A stretch of DNA of 64,000 bases from Eledone cirrhosa (taxonomy: Eukaryota). The first letter of the stretch is position 1. Each line of letters starts with the position of its first letter. The stretch is taken from positions 210,924,001-210,988,000 of the forward strand of contig OZ024742.1 in the NCBI GenBank assembly GCA_964016885.1, read 5' to 3'. Below, in pieces: positions 12,413-26,494 of the stretch. The translations under genes and the position numbers were made by a program. Below the pieces are notes generated by a model that did no database searches, had not been told where the DNA came from, and was given only the letters and a program-made list of their open reading frames with translations.

Positions 12413-13730
12413 TATCATCATCTTCGTTTAACATCCATATTCCACGCTCGCATGGGTTTGGACGGGAGTTTTCCCACTTGAGGCAAGAGTGGTTGTCTTG
12501 CTCGCATAGGACTGTCTGGCGGGTTTTCTATGGCTGGATGCCCTTCCTAACACCTGTGGAACTGGGAGGTTTTTACCGTGTTACCTACACGGCCACATTA
12601 CAGCGTGGACTGTGTGTTTTTTTTGTCGTGACACCTACACGACCTCATTTGTTTCGGGCTGGATGTTGTGGTACCAACATAACTTTACATTGAAAGGGGT
12701 GGTGTGGATGGGGTGGGGATAGTGGGACGGGGGTGTATTTTGTTAGAGGTGCCTACTGACTGTAGTAGGTTTCACTTTGCACTTAGGTAAGGCGGGTCTT
12801 CTCTATTACTGTGTAGCGCCAAAGATCTCGGTCCAGTGACATTATCTTGGAGAGGTGTAAGTGTGTGAGGTCGGAATTTATCATGTCGTCCCAGGTTTTT
12901 CTGGGTCTGCCTACTCCGTGGCTACCGTCTATTTTTATTGCCTTGCACTTTTTTATACAGCTGTCATCTTTCATGCGCATCACGTGACCATACCAACGTA
13001 GTCTTCTCTCGAGTAAAAAACATCTGATCCCTCTTATTTCTAATTTCTCCCTTAGTTCGTTTATGCTTTGCCGTTCACGTATATTACTATTACACATCCA
13101 GCAGAGCATGCAAGCTTCGTTTCTCTCCAATCTGCGTATATCCTCTGCACACAATGCCCAGGTCTCACTGCCATGTAACATTGCTTTTCGTATGCAGGCA
13201 TCATACAGCCTGCCTTTCATTTTTAGAGAGAACCCTTTAGCAGCCAATAGTGGTATAAGCTCTCTGAACTTATCCCGTTCTGACTCTAGCTACTGTACTT
13301 TCAGAGCACCCTCCCCCACTGCTGATTTCGTCACCCAGGTAACGTAAGGTGTCCACTATTTCTATAGAACCATCTGTGCAATGGAATGAGCTAGTATTTT
13401 GTGGGCACTTGCTGCTACTTATTGCACCAGAGCACCGGCCACATATAAAATCTATATTCTTAGTTAGCTTACCTGTGATCCCACTACATTTTTATGTACC
13501 CATACTTTGCATTTGGGACATAAAATGGAGTTTCTACCTACTCCTTTCCTACACAGTGAGCATGGCCATTTCCCAGATGGGACCGGTGCCCTATTTTCCT
13601 TCCTACAAACTAGAACTTTAGTCTTAGATAAGTTAACTGTAAGGCCTTTTGATTCTAGGCCATGCTTCCATGTGTGGAATTTCTTCTCTAGTTCAGCCAT
13701 TGATTGAGCTATGAGCGTTATATCATCTGC
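12413..13730 (-). mobile_element. 5'-truncated RTE LINE, family 1
   Basis: ORFs 12783-13247 and 13464-13700 match the 955-aa ORF C-terminus with frameshifts; 3'UTR present. Confidence 0.95.
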
Positions 13731-13824
13731 ATATATATATATATATTATATAGAATATGTATATATATGTATATATATATATATATAGAATATGTATATA
13801 TAGAATATGTATATATAGAATTTG

Positions 13825-13856
<32 letters not shown>

Positions 13857-13863
13857 GAATTTG

Positions 13864-13930
<67 letters not shown>

Positions 13931-13939
13931 GAATTTGTA

Positions 13940-16900
13940 TCATCATCATCATCAGGTTTAGCGTCCGTGTTCCACGCTTGCATGGGTTTGGACGGGGGTT
14001 TTCCCACTTGAGGCAAGAGTGGTTGTCTTGCTCGCATAGGACTGTCTGGCGGGTTTTCTACAGTTGGATGCCCTTCCTAACACCAACCACATTTACAGTG
14101 TGGGGCTGGGAGGTTTTTACCGTGTTGCCTACACGGCCACATTACAGCGTGGACTGTCTGGCGGGTTTTCTACAGCTGGATGCCCTTCCTAACACCAACC
14201 ACATTTACAGTGTGGGGCTGGGAGGTTTTTACCGTGTTGCCTACACGGCCACATTTACAGCGTGGACTGTGTGTTTTTTTGTCGTGACACCTACACGATC
14301 TCATTTGTTTCGGCCTGGATGTTGTGGGACCAACATAACTGTACATTGAAAGGGGCGGTGTGGATGGGGTGGAGGTGGTGGGACGGGGGTGTTTTGATAG
14401 AGATGCCTACTGACTGTAGTAGGTTTTTACTTTGTATTTAGGTAAGGCGGGTCTTCTCTATTACTGAGTACCGCCAAAGGTCTCGGTCCAGTGACATTGT
14501 CTTGGAGAGGTGTAAGCGTGTGAGGTCGGAATTTATCAGCTCGTCCCATGTTTTTCTGGGTCTGCCTACTCCGTGGCTACCGTCTATCTTTATTGCCCTG
14601 CACTTTTTTATACAGCTGTCGTCTTTCATGCGCATCACGTGACCGTACCAACGTAGCCTTCTCTCGAGTAAACAACATCTGATCCCTCTTATTTCTAATT
14701 TTTTCCTTAGTTCGTTTATGCTTTGCCGTTCACGTATATTACTATTGCACATCCAGCGGAGCATGCAAGCTTCGTTCCTCTCTAGTCTGCGTATATCCTC
14801 TGCACACAATGCCCAGGTCTCACTGCCATGCAGCATTGCTGTTCGTATGCAGGCATCGTATAACCTGCCTTTCATTTTTAGGGAGAACCCTCTAGCGGCT
14901 AATAGTGGTATAAGCTCTCTGAACTTTTTCCATCCAGTTCTGACTCTAGCTACTGTACTTTCAGAGCACCCTCCCCCACTGCTGATTTTGTCACCCAGGT
15001 AACGGAAGCTGTCCACTATTTCTATAGAACCCTCTGCGCAGTTGAAGGAGCTAGTATTTTGTGGGCACTTGCTGCTACTTATTGCACCAGAGCACCGGCC
15101 ACATGTAAAATCTATGTTCTTAGTTAGCTTACCTGTGATCCCACTACATCTTTTATGCACCCATACTTTGCATTTGGGACATAAAATGGAGTTTCTACCT
15201 ACGCCTTTCCTACACACTGAGCATGGCCATTTCCCAGATGGGACTGCCGCCATATTTTCTTTCCTACAAACTAGAACTTTTGTCTTAGCCAGGTTAATTT
15301 TAAGGCCTTTTGATTCTAGGCCGTGCTTCCATGTTTGGAATTTCTTCTCTAGTTCGGTCATTGATTCAGCTATGAGCGTTAGATCATCTGCGTATAGGAG
15401 TTCCCATGGGCAGCCGGTCTTGAACTCCTCTGTTATAGCCTGAAGGGCAATAATAAATAGTAGGGGGCTAAGAACAGAGCCCTGATGGACACCAACTTTT
15501 ACGCTAAACTCTTCACTATATTCGTTGTTAATTCTAACCTTACTGACTGTTTCTTTATACATGGCTTGTATAGCTCTCACAAGCCATTCGTCAACACCTA
15601 GTTTTCTAAGAGACCACCAGATAATGGAACGGGGGACTCTGTCGAAGGGTTTCTCCAAGTCGACGAAAGCTAAGTATAGGGGTTTACTTTTAGCTAGATA
15701 CTTCTCCTGTAGTTGTCGTACAATGAAAAGAGCGTCTGTGGTACTTTTGCCTGACACAAACCCGAACTGCATTTCATCTAGATCAATTCTCTCTCTGATT
15801 AGTTGCGCTATTACTTTTTCCGTGACCTTCATGACCTGGTCGATTAATTTAATGCCTCTATAGTTACTCCTATCTAGGGCATCTCCTTTTCCCTTATAGC
15901 AGTTAACGATGATGCTGCTACGCCAGTCCTTCGGAACAACCCCATTCTGTACGACTTGGTTAACTATCCGGGTGACCATGGTGTGTCCCACCGAACCAGA
16001 TGCCTTCAGCATCTCAGCAACTATTTCCGAAGGACCAGCCGCCTTACCCGTCTTCATATCTTTGATTGCCTTGCTTATTGTACTACCCTGGACTAACACT
16101 GCTGGTCCCTCTATTGGGTCGATGTGGGGGAGACTGTCTTTCTCCCATTTGTTCTCCTCATTTAGAAGCCTTTCGTAGTGACACTTCCAAGCTACCTTCT
16201 TATCAGCGTCGGTGATGGCAAGTATGCCATCATTGTTAAGCACACACTTCTCCCCGACAATATCACGGTGTTCCTTGACACATTGCCTGGCAATGCTGAA
16301 CACCTCACGTTTTTGGTCCTCACGTTGTAGAACATGCTTGAACTTTCTTTCCTCTGCTTCCCTTCTTGCGAAGTACACTTGTCTCCTAGCTTCCCTCCTG
16401 GCTACCTGATAGTCTTCTCTACTTCCCCCATCCCGCCATGCTTTCCAAGCCTGCTTTTTGGCCTTAATTGACTCCTCCACCTTACTGTTCCACCACCATG
16501 TTACTCTCCTCCTACCTACAGGCCTGCTCCAGCCACAGACTTCGTCTGCCGCCGTCAGCAGGTTTGCTCTCAGGAATTCCCACTGTTCCTCTATATTATA
16601 CGACTCTAATTGCTCTTCCTTACTGTCGAAAGCGTCAAGTAATATGCTTTGAAATTTATTTCTGGCTATGGGGTCCTTTAGCTTCCATATTTTTCTCCTG
16701 AGGATAGTCCTCTTCCGCTGTCTAGTACGTCTCGTCCTGACTATGAGGTCGCTAATTATCAGTCTATGTTGGGAGGTGAATTCTTCATGGGGGAGGGATT
16801 TAGTGTTAACAACAGACACTCTGTCACGTCTTCTGGTAAGGATATAATCTACCTGGCTTGTGTGTTCCCCCGATCTATAGGTGATCAAGTGATTGTCTCG

Positions 16901-17636
16901 TTTTTTGAAGTTAGTGTTACAGATAGTTAAGTTATTTGCGTCGCAGAATTCCAGGATTCTGGAGCCTTCCTCATTTCTAGTACCGAACCCATAGCCTCCA
17001 TGGATTCCGTCATAGCCGTCACAATGCTGTCCAACGTGACCATTTAGGTCGCCTGCAATAACTATATAGTCAGTGTCGGTTATTTGGGAGGTAGCGAGCA
17101 TCAGTGTCTCGTAGAATCTGTTTTTTATAGCACCGGGCAGTCCGGATTGTGGTGCGTACGCAGATATTACTGTCACCGTAGTTTTATTGAGGACAAGTCT
17201 TATTTTAATTATTCTGTCGTTCACTCTATTTACGTCTATTATCTTATCTGCCCACTTTTCTGCTACCATGATTCCTACCCCACCCAACCCATTGTCATTT
17301 CCCACCTAGAAAAGCTTATAGCATCGTTCTTTACCCACGATGAATCTAGCCGACCCTCCCCTCCACCTGGTCTCTTGAATACAACAAACATCGACCTCCT
17401 TAAGTTCAAGCATTTCTACAACCTCGTTAGAGCGACCCTTTAAGGTGCCTACATTCATGGTACCAACTCTGAAGTTTTGGATTGCGTTTGGAGGGTGGGA
17501 GGGGTGGGGCGCGGGGGGGGGGGGGGTTATGTTAGCCATCCTGGGCCGAAACAAGGCGGAGTGCTTGCATTCTCGTCCACGAGGTGAATTTGTCTTTACC
17601 TTTGGCATTGTCGCTGAGCGTCCACATTTTTCTCTC

Positions 17637-17641
<5 letters not shown>
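13940..17641 (-). mobile_element. Near full-length RTE LINE, family 1
   Basis: Single APE+RT reading frame, 3'UTR and (TGA)n tail, flanked by (TA)n. Confidence 0.95.
14438..17641 (-). pseudogene. RTE ORF (APE endonuclease plus reverse transcriptase) broken by one TAG at 17306-17308
   Basis: 'VGTMNVGTL..CCIQETRW', 'AYAPQ', 'GDLNGHVG', 'NYRGIKL', 'QFGF', 'FVDLEKPFD', 'GVHQGSVLSPLLF', 'LYADD'. Family 2 has TGG (W) where this copy has TAG. Confidence 0.93.
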
Positions 17642-19467
<1,826 letters not shown>

Positions 19468-19940
19468 TACAATATTAAATAAATGGAAAACTATATTTAT
19501 AAAACCATATTTATTTCATTATATATATTTCGGGGATATCATATTAACAATATGCTATGCCTTCATCAGACAAAATACAATATAAACAGTTTTATAGATA
19601 AATATATTCGACATACCGTAATAAACATCAACTTCATTTGAAGAGGTTCACTCTAGCAGTGAAAATACAGAGAGAAAGAAAGAGAGAGAGAAAAGAGGGA
19701 AATAAGAAGGAAAGAAAGACGAAACGAAGAAAAGGAAGAAAAAGAAGAAAAAGAAGAAATGCATGGGACAAAATAGAGAGATGGAAAAATAGATAAAGCG
19801 AAGAGCTTCATGTAAAGAGACCGAAAGAGATATATATATATATATAGAGAGAGGAAATAGAGATAGATACATATATAAATATAGATATAGAAAAATTAGG
19901 TAGTGGGAGGTCATTTTGAGTAAGTGTATCAATGATGCAT

Positions 19941-19975
<35 letters not shown>

Positions 19976-20728
19976 GCTCAAGTATTAATGTAAGGGAGAT
20001 ATAGAGAGATATAGAGAGATATAGAGAGAGAAAAATTTAAAAATAGCCAGACATATTCGAGGCGTAGAAAACCCTATGTTTTAATGTATTAGTATTTATA
20101 AAACTTACACTATATTGTAAATATCAGTATTCCTGAATGAAACAAGTATTCACAATGCGTGAAAATTCATTATCTTATGTTTAGTTTTTAAAAAATTCAT
20201 ATGTCTATGTGAATCCAACTGATTCACTCCGCAAATTCAAAGTTACCGGAAAACATTCTCAATGTGGTATAAACATTTGAGCGTATTATTATTCTTGCGA
20301 TTACTCTACAAGATTATCTATCAAGCAGAAATAGAGAGCAGATTTCAATATACTAATCGAAAATATATATTATATTATAAGCAGAGATAACAATAATAAT
20401 GATAATAAGTAAAAATATATAAAAATATAAAAATATAGAATAGAAAACTAAAAAAGAATATTACGAAAGAATATTACATAATAAAAATATTGCATATTAA
20501 AAATACTATGTTTTAAAATTATTACGTATTAAAACTTTACATATAAAAATATTTAAAAATAAAAATAAAATAAAATAAAAAATAAAAAATAAAAATATAC
20601 TCCAAGTATTTGTCGAGTGCTTTTATATCAGTTATAAATATTTACTAGTTGTAACCCAACAATTTTAAATATAACTTTACATGTATCTTGCTCCAATACT
20701 GTTGAGCGCTTTATATTATAACTGAAAA

Positions 20729-22942
20729 ATGGAATTCTTTAAGATTACTTCCTCTCTAAAAGACATACCTCTACCTAGAAACAAAGACTTTGTAAAACAA
20801 CTAATAGATAAATCTGACTCTTTTATAAGGAGAATCAGGTGGCGTGCATTCCACTTTGATAAATTTAATGCAGACGAAAATATCTCGGACTTAAACAAAG
20901 TTTTCAAATCTAAAAGAAATCCACCCCCTAACAAACTTTTATCTGACTTTGAAAACGATATAATTTCTATCATACAAGGGGTCAAATTCAAGAGAAACTT
21001 TAAAGGCCAGGAATATCTGAAAGGCATTAAGGATAACATTGAGAGCTTAGAGAAAACTGAGAAGATCTTGGTGAAATCTGACAAGACCAACAACCTCTAT
21101 GGAGTGCAGAAAGACATGTATAATGGCCTCATACTGAAAGAGCTGAGGAAAAAATACAAGGTAGCAGATAAGACCGAACTTGTGAAAATGAATGTTGAAG
21201 CATCTTGTATAATGCATGAGTTGGAAATTGAGAACAGAACACAACCTTTTGTGCCCAGGAAACCGAAGATCAATATGAAGGACCACAAGAGGAATTTTGA
21301 GATTGACCTGCCAGTTAGATTAATCGCACCTTCAAAATCGGACCTGGGCAAATTAAGCAAAAACATTCTTGACAGGGTGATACTGCAAATTAAGAACTTG
21401 GATTATGTATCTAACCTGAGCTTGTGGAAGGGAACCGGAGAGGTTGTTGAGTGGTTTAGGCAAATTAAATATGACAATAATAATAGGTTTATTCAACTTG
21501 ATATAGCTAACTATTATTCTTCTATTACCCCTAGTCTACTAAATAAGGCACTAAATTACGCATTCAAACATACGGACCTAACTAGCAAAGAAATGCATAT
21601 TATATTATCGGCTAGGAAAACTTTGATAGAATTTGATGACAAATTATGGACCAGAGCAGATAGAGATAGCAATTTTGACATAACTATGGGATCTTCCGAC
21701 TCAGCTCAAGTAACTGACCTTGTGGGCTTATTTTTAATCAATTCGCTACATAGGAAAATACCTGGTACTACCGGAGGTTTATATAGGGATGACATGCTTT
21801 TACTCATTAATAATAATAACCCTGAACTAAATAGAAAATGTAAACAAATTACAAAATTTTTTAATTACTTTAACCTTAAAATAGAAATTGAGAACAACCA
21901 TAGAATAGTCAATTTCCTAGATATAACATTAAATCTCAACACATGTCTCCACTATCCTTTTCACAAGTTGAATGAAAACTTAAACTATGTCAACTTTAAC
22001 TCTAACCACCCCAGATCTGTCAAAAACACTATAGTAAACTCAGTCCAAAAGCGTATCTCTAGGATCTCGTCGAATAGAAAGATTTTTGACGAAAAGGCCC
22101 AATACTATAATGATGCACTAGCTAGGGCAGGGTATGCTGATAAGATTGTGTACATAGATAATGATAAACAAACTAAACAAAGTAACAACTTTTTTAATTA
22201 TGGCAACAACATTAACAACTATAATAGAAAGCATTACAATAATTCCAAAGGACAAAAAAGAAATAGAACTAGGAACATAATTTGGTTTGCCCCCCCTTTC
22301 TCACTAAACATTAAAACCCACATCGCTAAATTATTTTTCAAAGCTCTTGATAATCGCTTCCCTAGAACACATAGGTACCACTCAATCTTCAATAGGCATA
22401 CAATTAAATTAACCTATTCATCCACCAAAAATTTAGCACAAAATATTAATAGAATAAATAATAGGAACTTAAAAACTACTGATAATAGCATAAATAATAT
22501 ACAAGTTAACAAATGCAACTGTAGAGATAGATCTAAATGTCCGTTAAATAACAACTGCTTAGTTAAAAATATAGTATACAATTGTAATGTTAATACTGAC
22601 TCTAATTCTTTTAACTACGTCGGTTCCACATCGACGGAATTTAAACTTCGCTATAATAACCACAAGAATTCTTTCACAGATCCAAATAAAAAATCTTCAA
22701 CGGCACTATCAGGTGTACTCTGGCAACTTAAGCTAGATAACGTTAGATATTCGACGGCTTGGAATATAGTCTCAAGAGGGATTCCTTTTAATTCATCCTC
22801 TGAGACATGTGACCTCTGCGCAGAGGAGATATTCTTTATACTAAAATCTAAAAATTCCCTTAACCTACGGACAAATTTATTCAGTTGTTGCAAACATAGA
22901 TTAAACTCAACGTTTAAATATAAATTTAAATTTAAAATGTAG
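20729..22942 (+). CDS. PLE (Naiad-type) reverse transcriptase/GIY-YIG endonuclease, 737 aa, intact
   Basis: 'SLKDIP', 'SDKT', 'KDHK.NF..PVRLIAP', 'QLDIANYYSSI', 'TMGS.D', 'GLYRDD', 'NFLD', 'CNCRDRSKCPLNNNC', 'NIVYNC..YVGST..FK.R..NH', 'CDLC..E', 'CKH'. Confidence 0.92.
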   Translation: MEFFKITSSLKDIPLPRNKDFVKQLIDKSDSFIRRIRWRAFHFDKFNADENISDLNKVFKSKRNPPPNKLLSDFENDIISIIQGVKFKRNFKGQEYLKGIKDNIESLEKTEKILVKSDKTNNLYGVQKDMYNGLILKELRKKYKVADKTELVKMNVEASCIMHELEIENRTQPFVPRKPKINMKDHKRNFEIDLPVRLIAPSKSDLGKLSKNILDRVILQIKNLDYVSNLSLWKGTGEVVEWFRQIKYDNNNRFIQLDIANYYSSITPSLLNKALNYAFKHTDLTSKEMHIILSARKTLIEFDDKLWTRADRDSNFDITMGSSDSAQVTDLVGLFLINSLHRKIPGTTGGLYRDDMLLLINNNNPELNRKCKQITKFFNYFNLKIEIENNHRIVNFLDITLNLNTCLHYPFHKLNENLNYVNFNSNHPRSVKNTIVNSVQKRISRISSNRKIFDEKAQYYNDALARAGYADKIVYIDNDKQTKQSNNFFNYGNNINNYNRKHYNNSKGQKRNRTRNIIWFAPPFSLNIKTHIAKLFFKALDNRFPRTHRYHSIFNRHTIKLTYSSTKNLAQNINRINNRNLKTTDNSINNIQVNKCNCRDRSKCPLNNNCLVKNIVYNCNVNTDSNSFNYVGSTSTEFKLRYNNHKNSFTDPNKKSSTALSGVLWQLKLDNVRYSTAWNIVSRGIPFNSSSETCDLCAEEIFFILKSKNSLNLRTNLFSCCKHRLNSTFKYKFKFKM

Positions 22943-24039
22943 TATATTTAGTTTGATTTATATTTATATGAGAACTAGCCGATAAATCTTTTGATTCCTA
23001 AATCTTTGATTCCCTCTTTTTACTGTTTATTTTATTGTATTTATTTTTATTTTTATTTTTTATTTTTATTTTTATCTAAACATTCCTCATGAAAAATTAA
23101 GCTACCCTAAAAGCCGATGCTCCAAATTTTATGAATTAACCTTACACTTGATAAACTTATATATTAAATATAGGAACATATGTAGACATTATTGGACATC
23201 ATAACCTTTTTTTTTTTTTTTTTTGCGATATTCCTTGCTAGATGTGATTTGATAGATAATTTTTGGCTTTGTCTTGTAGTGAACTTGGCAATATATTGTC
23301 AATTAACCTTGAAGGGTTGTTCTTTGTGGTTTATTTTTTATTTTTATTTTTATTTTTATTTTTATTTTTATTTTTATTTTTATTCTTTTAGTATTGTAGT
23401 ATTCTATAATATTTTTATATTTTTATTTTTTATTTTTTATTTTATTTTATTTTTATTTTTAATATTTTTATATGTAAAGTTTTAATACGTAATAATTTTA
23501 AAACATAGTATTTTTAATATGCAATATTTTTATTATGTAATATTCTTTCGTAATATTCTTTTTTAGTTTTCTATTCTATATTTTTATATTTTTATATATT
23601 TTTACTTATTATCATTATTATTGTTATCTCTGCTTATAATATAATATATATTTTCGATTAGTATATTGAAATCTGCTCTCTATTTCTGCTTGATAGATAA
23701 TCTTGTAGAGTAATCGCAAGAATAATAATACGCTCAAATGTTTATACCACATTGAGAATGTTTTCCGGTAACTTTGAATTTGCGGAGTGAATCAGTTGGA
23801 TTCACATAGACATATGAATTTTTTAAAAAACTAAACATAAGATAATGAATTTTCACGCATTGTGAATACTTGTTTCATTCAGGAATACTGATATTTACAA
23901 TATAGTGTAAGTTTTATAAATACTAATACATTAAAACATAGGGTTTTCTACGCCTCGAATATGTCTGGCTATTTTTAAATTTTTCTCTCTCTATATCTCT
24001 CTATATCTCTCTATATCTCCCTTACATTAATACTTGAGC

Positions 24040-24074
<35 letters not shown>

Positions 24075-24439
24075 ATGCATCATTGATACACTTACTCAAA
24101 ATGACCTCCCACTACCTAATTTTTCTATATCTATATTTATATATGTATCTATCTCTATTTCCTCTCTCTATATATATATATATATCTCTTTCGGTCTCTT
24201 TACATGAAGCTCTTCGCTTTATCTATTTTTCCATCTCTCTATTTTGTCCCATGCATTTCTTCTTTTTCTTCTTTTTCTTCCTTTTCTTCGTTTCGTCTTT
24301 CTTTCTTTCTTATTTCCCTCTTTTCTCTCTCTCTTTCTTTCTCTCTGTATTTTCACTGCTAGAGTGAACCTCTTCAAATGAAGTTGATGTTTATTACGGT
24401 ATGTCGAATATATTTATCTATAAAACTGTTTATATTGTA

Positions 24440-24500
24440 TTTTGTCTGATGAAGGCATAGCATATTGTTAATATGATATCCCCGAAATATATATAATGAA
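24440..24500 (+). ncRNA. Hammerhead-like motif in Naiad pLTR (inverted copy ~19515-19575; paralog 29509-29570)
   Basis: CTGATGA-agg...catattgttaatatg...ccc-GAAA-TATATA. The stem II hairpin is kept with different sequence in the paralog; stem I is weak. Confidence 0.6.
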
Positions 24501-24830
24501 ATAAATATGGTTTTATAAATATAGTTTTCCATTTATTTAATATTGTAAATATACTCCAAGTATTTGTCGAGTGCTTTTATATCAGTTATAAATATTTACT
24601 AGTTGTAACCCAACAATTTTAAATATAACTTTACATGTATATATATAATATATATATATAATATATATAATATATATTCATTAGTTAAGCAAAACAAGAC
24701 CACAAATTTCACATGGAAGACATTAAAAGATTGTCAACATATTTAGTTTGATGTAAGGAATGTAGAGATAATATATATATATATATATATAATATATATA
24801 TATATACATATATAATATATATATATATAT

Positions 24831-25182
24831 AGTCAGTAGGCATCTCTAACAAAATACACCCTCGTCCCCGTCCCCCGTCCCCACCCCATCCACACCGCCC
24901 CTTTCAATGTAAAGTTATGTTGGTGCCACAAAATCCAGGCCGAAACAAATGAGATCGTGTAGGTGTCACGACAAAAAAACACACAGTCCACGCTGTAATG
25001 TGACCGTGTAGGCAACACGGTAAAAACCTCCCAGTCCCACACTGTAAATGTGGTTGGTGTTAGGAAGGGCATCCAGCTGTAGAAAACCCGCCAGACAGAC
25101 CACGCTGTAATGTGGCCGTGTAGGCAACACGGTAAAAACCTCCCAGCCTCACACTGTAAATGTGGTTGGTGTTAGGAAGGGC
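24831..25182 (+). mobile_element. RTE family 1 3'UTR fragment
   Basis: Matches the reverse complement of ~14070-14415. Confidence 0.9.
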
Positions 25183-25858
25183 AAAAACATAGACGTGCTG
25201 TCTATCTTACTACTAAAAATAGCAGATAAATAGAACAACAGATTTGTTCTCTACATAACGGAGAATATTAAAAGAAGTTAATATGCCCATGGGTACTAAC
25301 TACCCCTGGAAATACATAGGTTGTCTATGATTCAGGCATGTTCAATGGTATTAATTTGACATACCAGAACTATAATATTAAGATAAGCAGAACAAGTAAA
25401 ATTCAACCAATTTAGCTGCTATTTTTAGTAGTAAGATAGACAGCAGGTCTATGTTTTTCCCGCTCTTATTTCGGACTGGTTCACGTACGGGTCACTTTTC
25501 GACCTCATTTAGATCTGTGCTAGCTGGCGGATGGCGATATATTTTATCGTTCCTGGAACTTTAGTCCTAGGAAAGGAAAATGCTTCTCTGATGAACTTTG
25601 ATTTTCCATTGGAAATCCAATGATTTCTAATGTTTTACAAAGTCAAACAGATCAGTAAGGGCAAACTTGATAGGTAAATATTTAAATTATATTTTTAATT
25701 TATTATGAAATATTGGTTGAATTTTACTTGTTCTGCTTATCTTAATATTATAGTTCTGGTATGTCAAATTAATACCACTGAACAACCCTGAATCATAGAC
25801 AACCTATGTATTTCCAGGGGTACTTAGTACCCATGGGCATATTAACTTCTTTTAATAT
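25183..25858 (+). mobile_element. Non-coding HHR-bearing foldback element, ~490-bp monomer
   Basis: 25183-25411 is an inverted copy of 25711-25858 that continues into the start of the main arm. HHR 25584-25661: ttct-CTGATGA-ACTTTG..CAAAGT-cAAA-CagatcaG-TA-aggg. Confidence 0.8.
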
Positions 25859-25884
25859 ATATAATATATATATATATTATATAT

Positions 25885-25939
<55 letters not shown>

Positions 25940-25993
25940 TATAATATATAATATAGATATAATATATAATATATAAAGATATATAATATATAC

Positions 25994-26044
<51 letters not shown>

Positions 26045-26277
26045 TATATATAATATATATATATGTATATATATTATATATACATATATATAATATATAT
26101 ATATATAATATATACATATATATAATATATATATATGTATATATATTATATATACATATATATAATATATATATATATAATATATATATATATATACATA
26201 TATATAATATATATATATATAATATATATATAATATATATATATATAATATATATATATATATAATATATATAATAT

Positions 26278-26309
<32 letters not shown>

Positions 26310-26315
26310 ATATAT

Positions 26316-26364
<49 letters not shown>

Positions 26365-26383
26365 TATATAATATATATAATAT

Positions 26384-26415
<32 letters not shown>

Positions 26416-26494
26416 ATATATATATATATATATAATATATATATATATATAATATATATATAATATATATATTTAATATATATATATAACATAT

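Larger units (their letters stand above)
19468..24640 (+). mobile_element. Full-length Naiad-type Penelope-like element with 1.1-kb inverted pLTR
   Basis: 19468-20593 is the near-perfect reverse complement of ~23420-24547; 20594-20686 is a direct copy of 24548-24640; intact ORF; (TA)n flanks. Confidence 0.93.

Noticed and set aside
19468-24547. DNA transposon with long TIRs
   Set aside because: Encodes RT/GIY-YIG; arms are asymmetric and there is no transposase.
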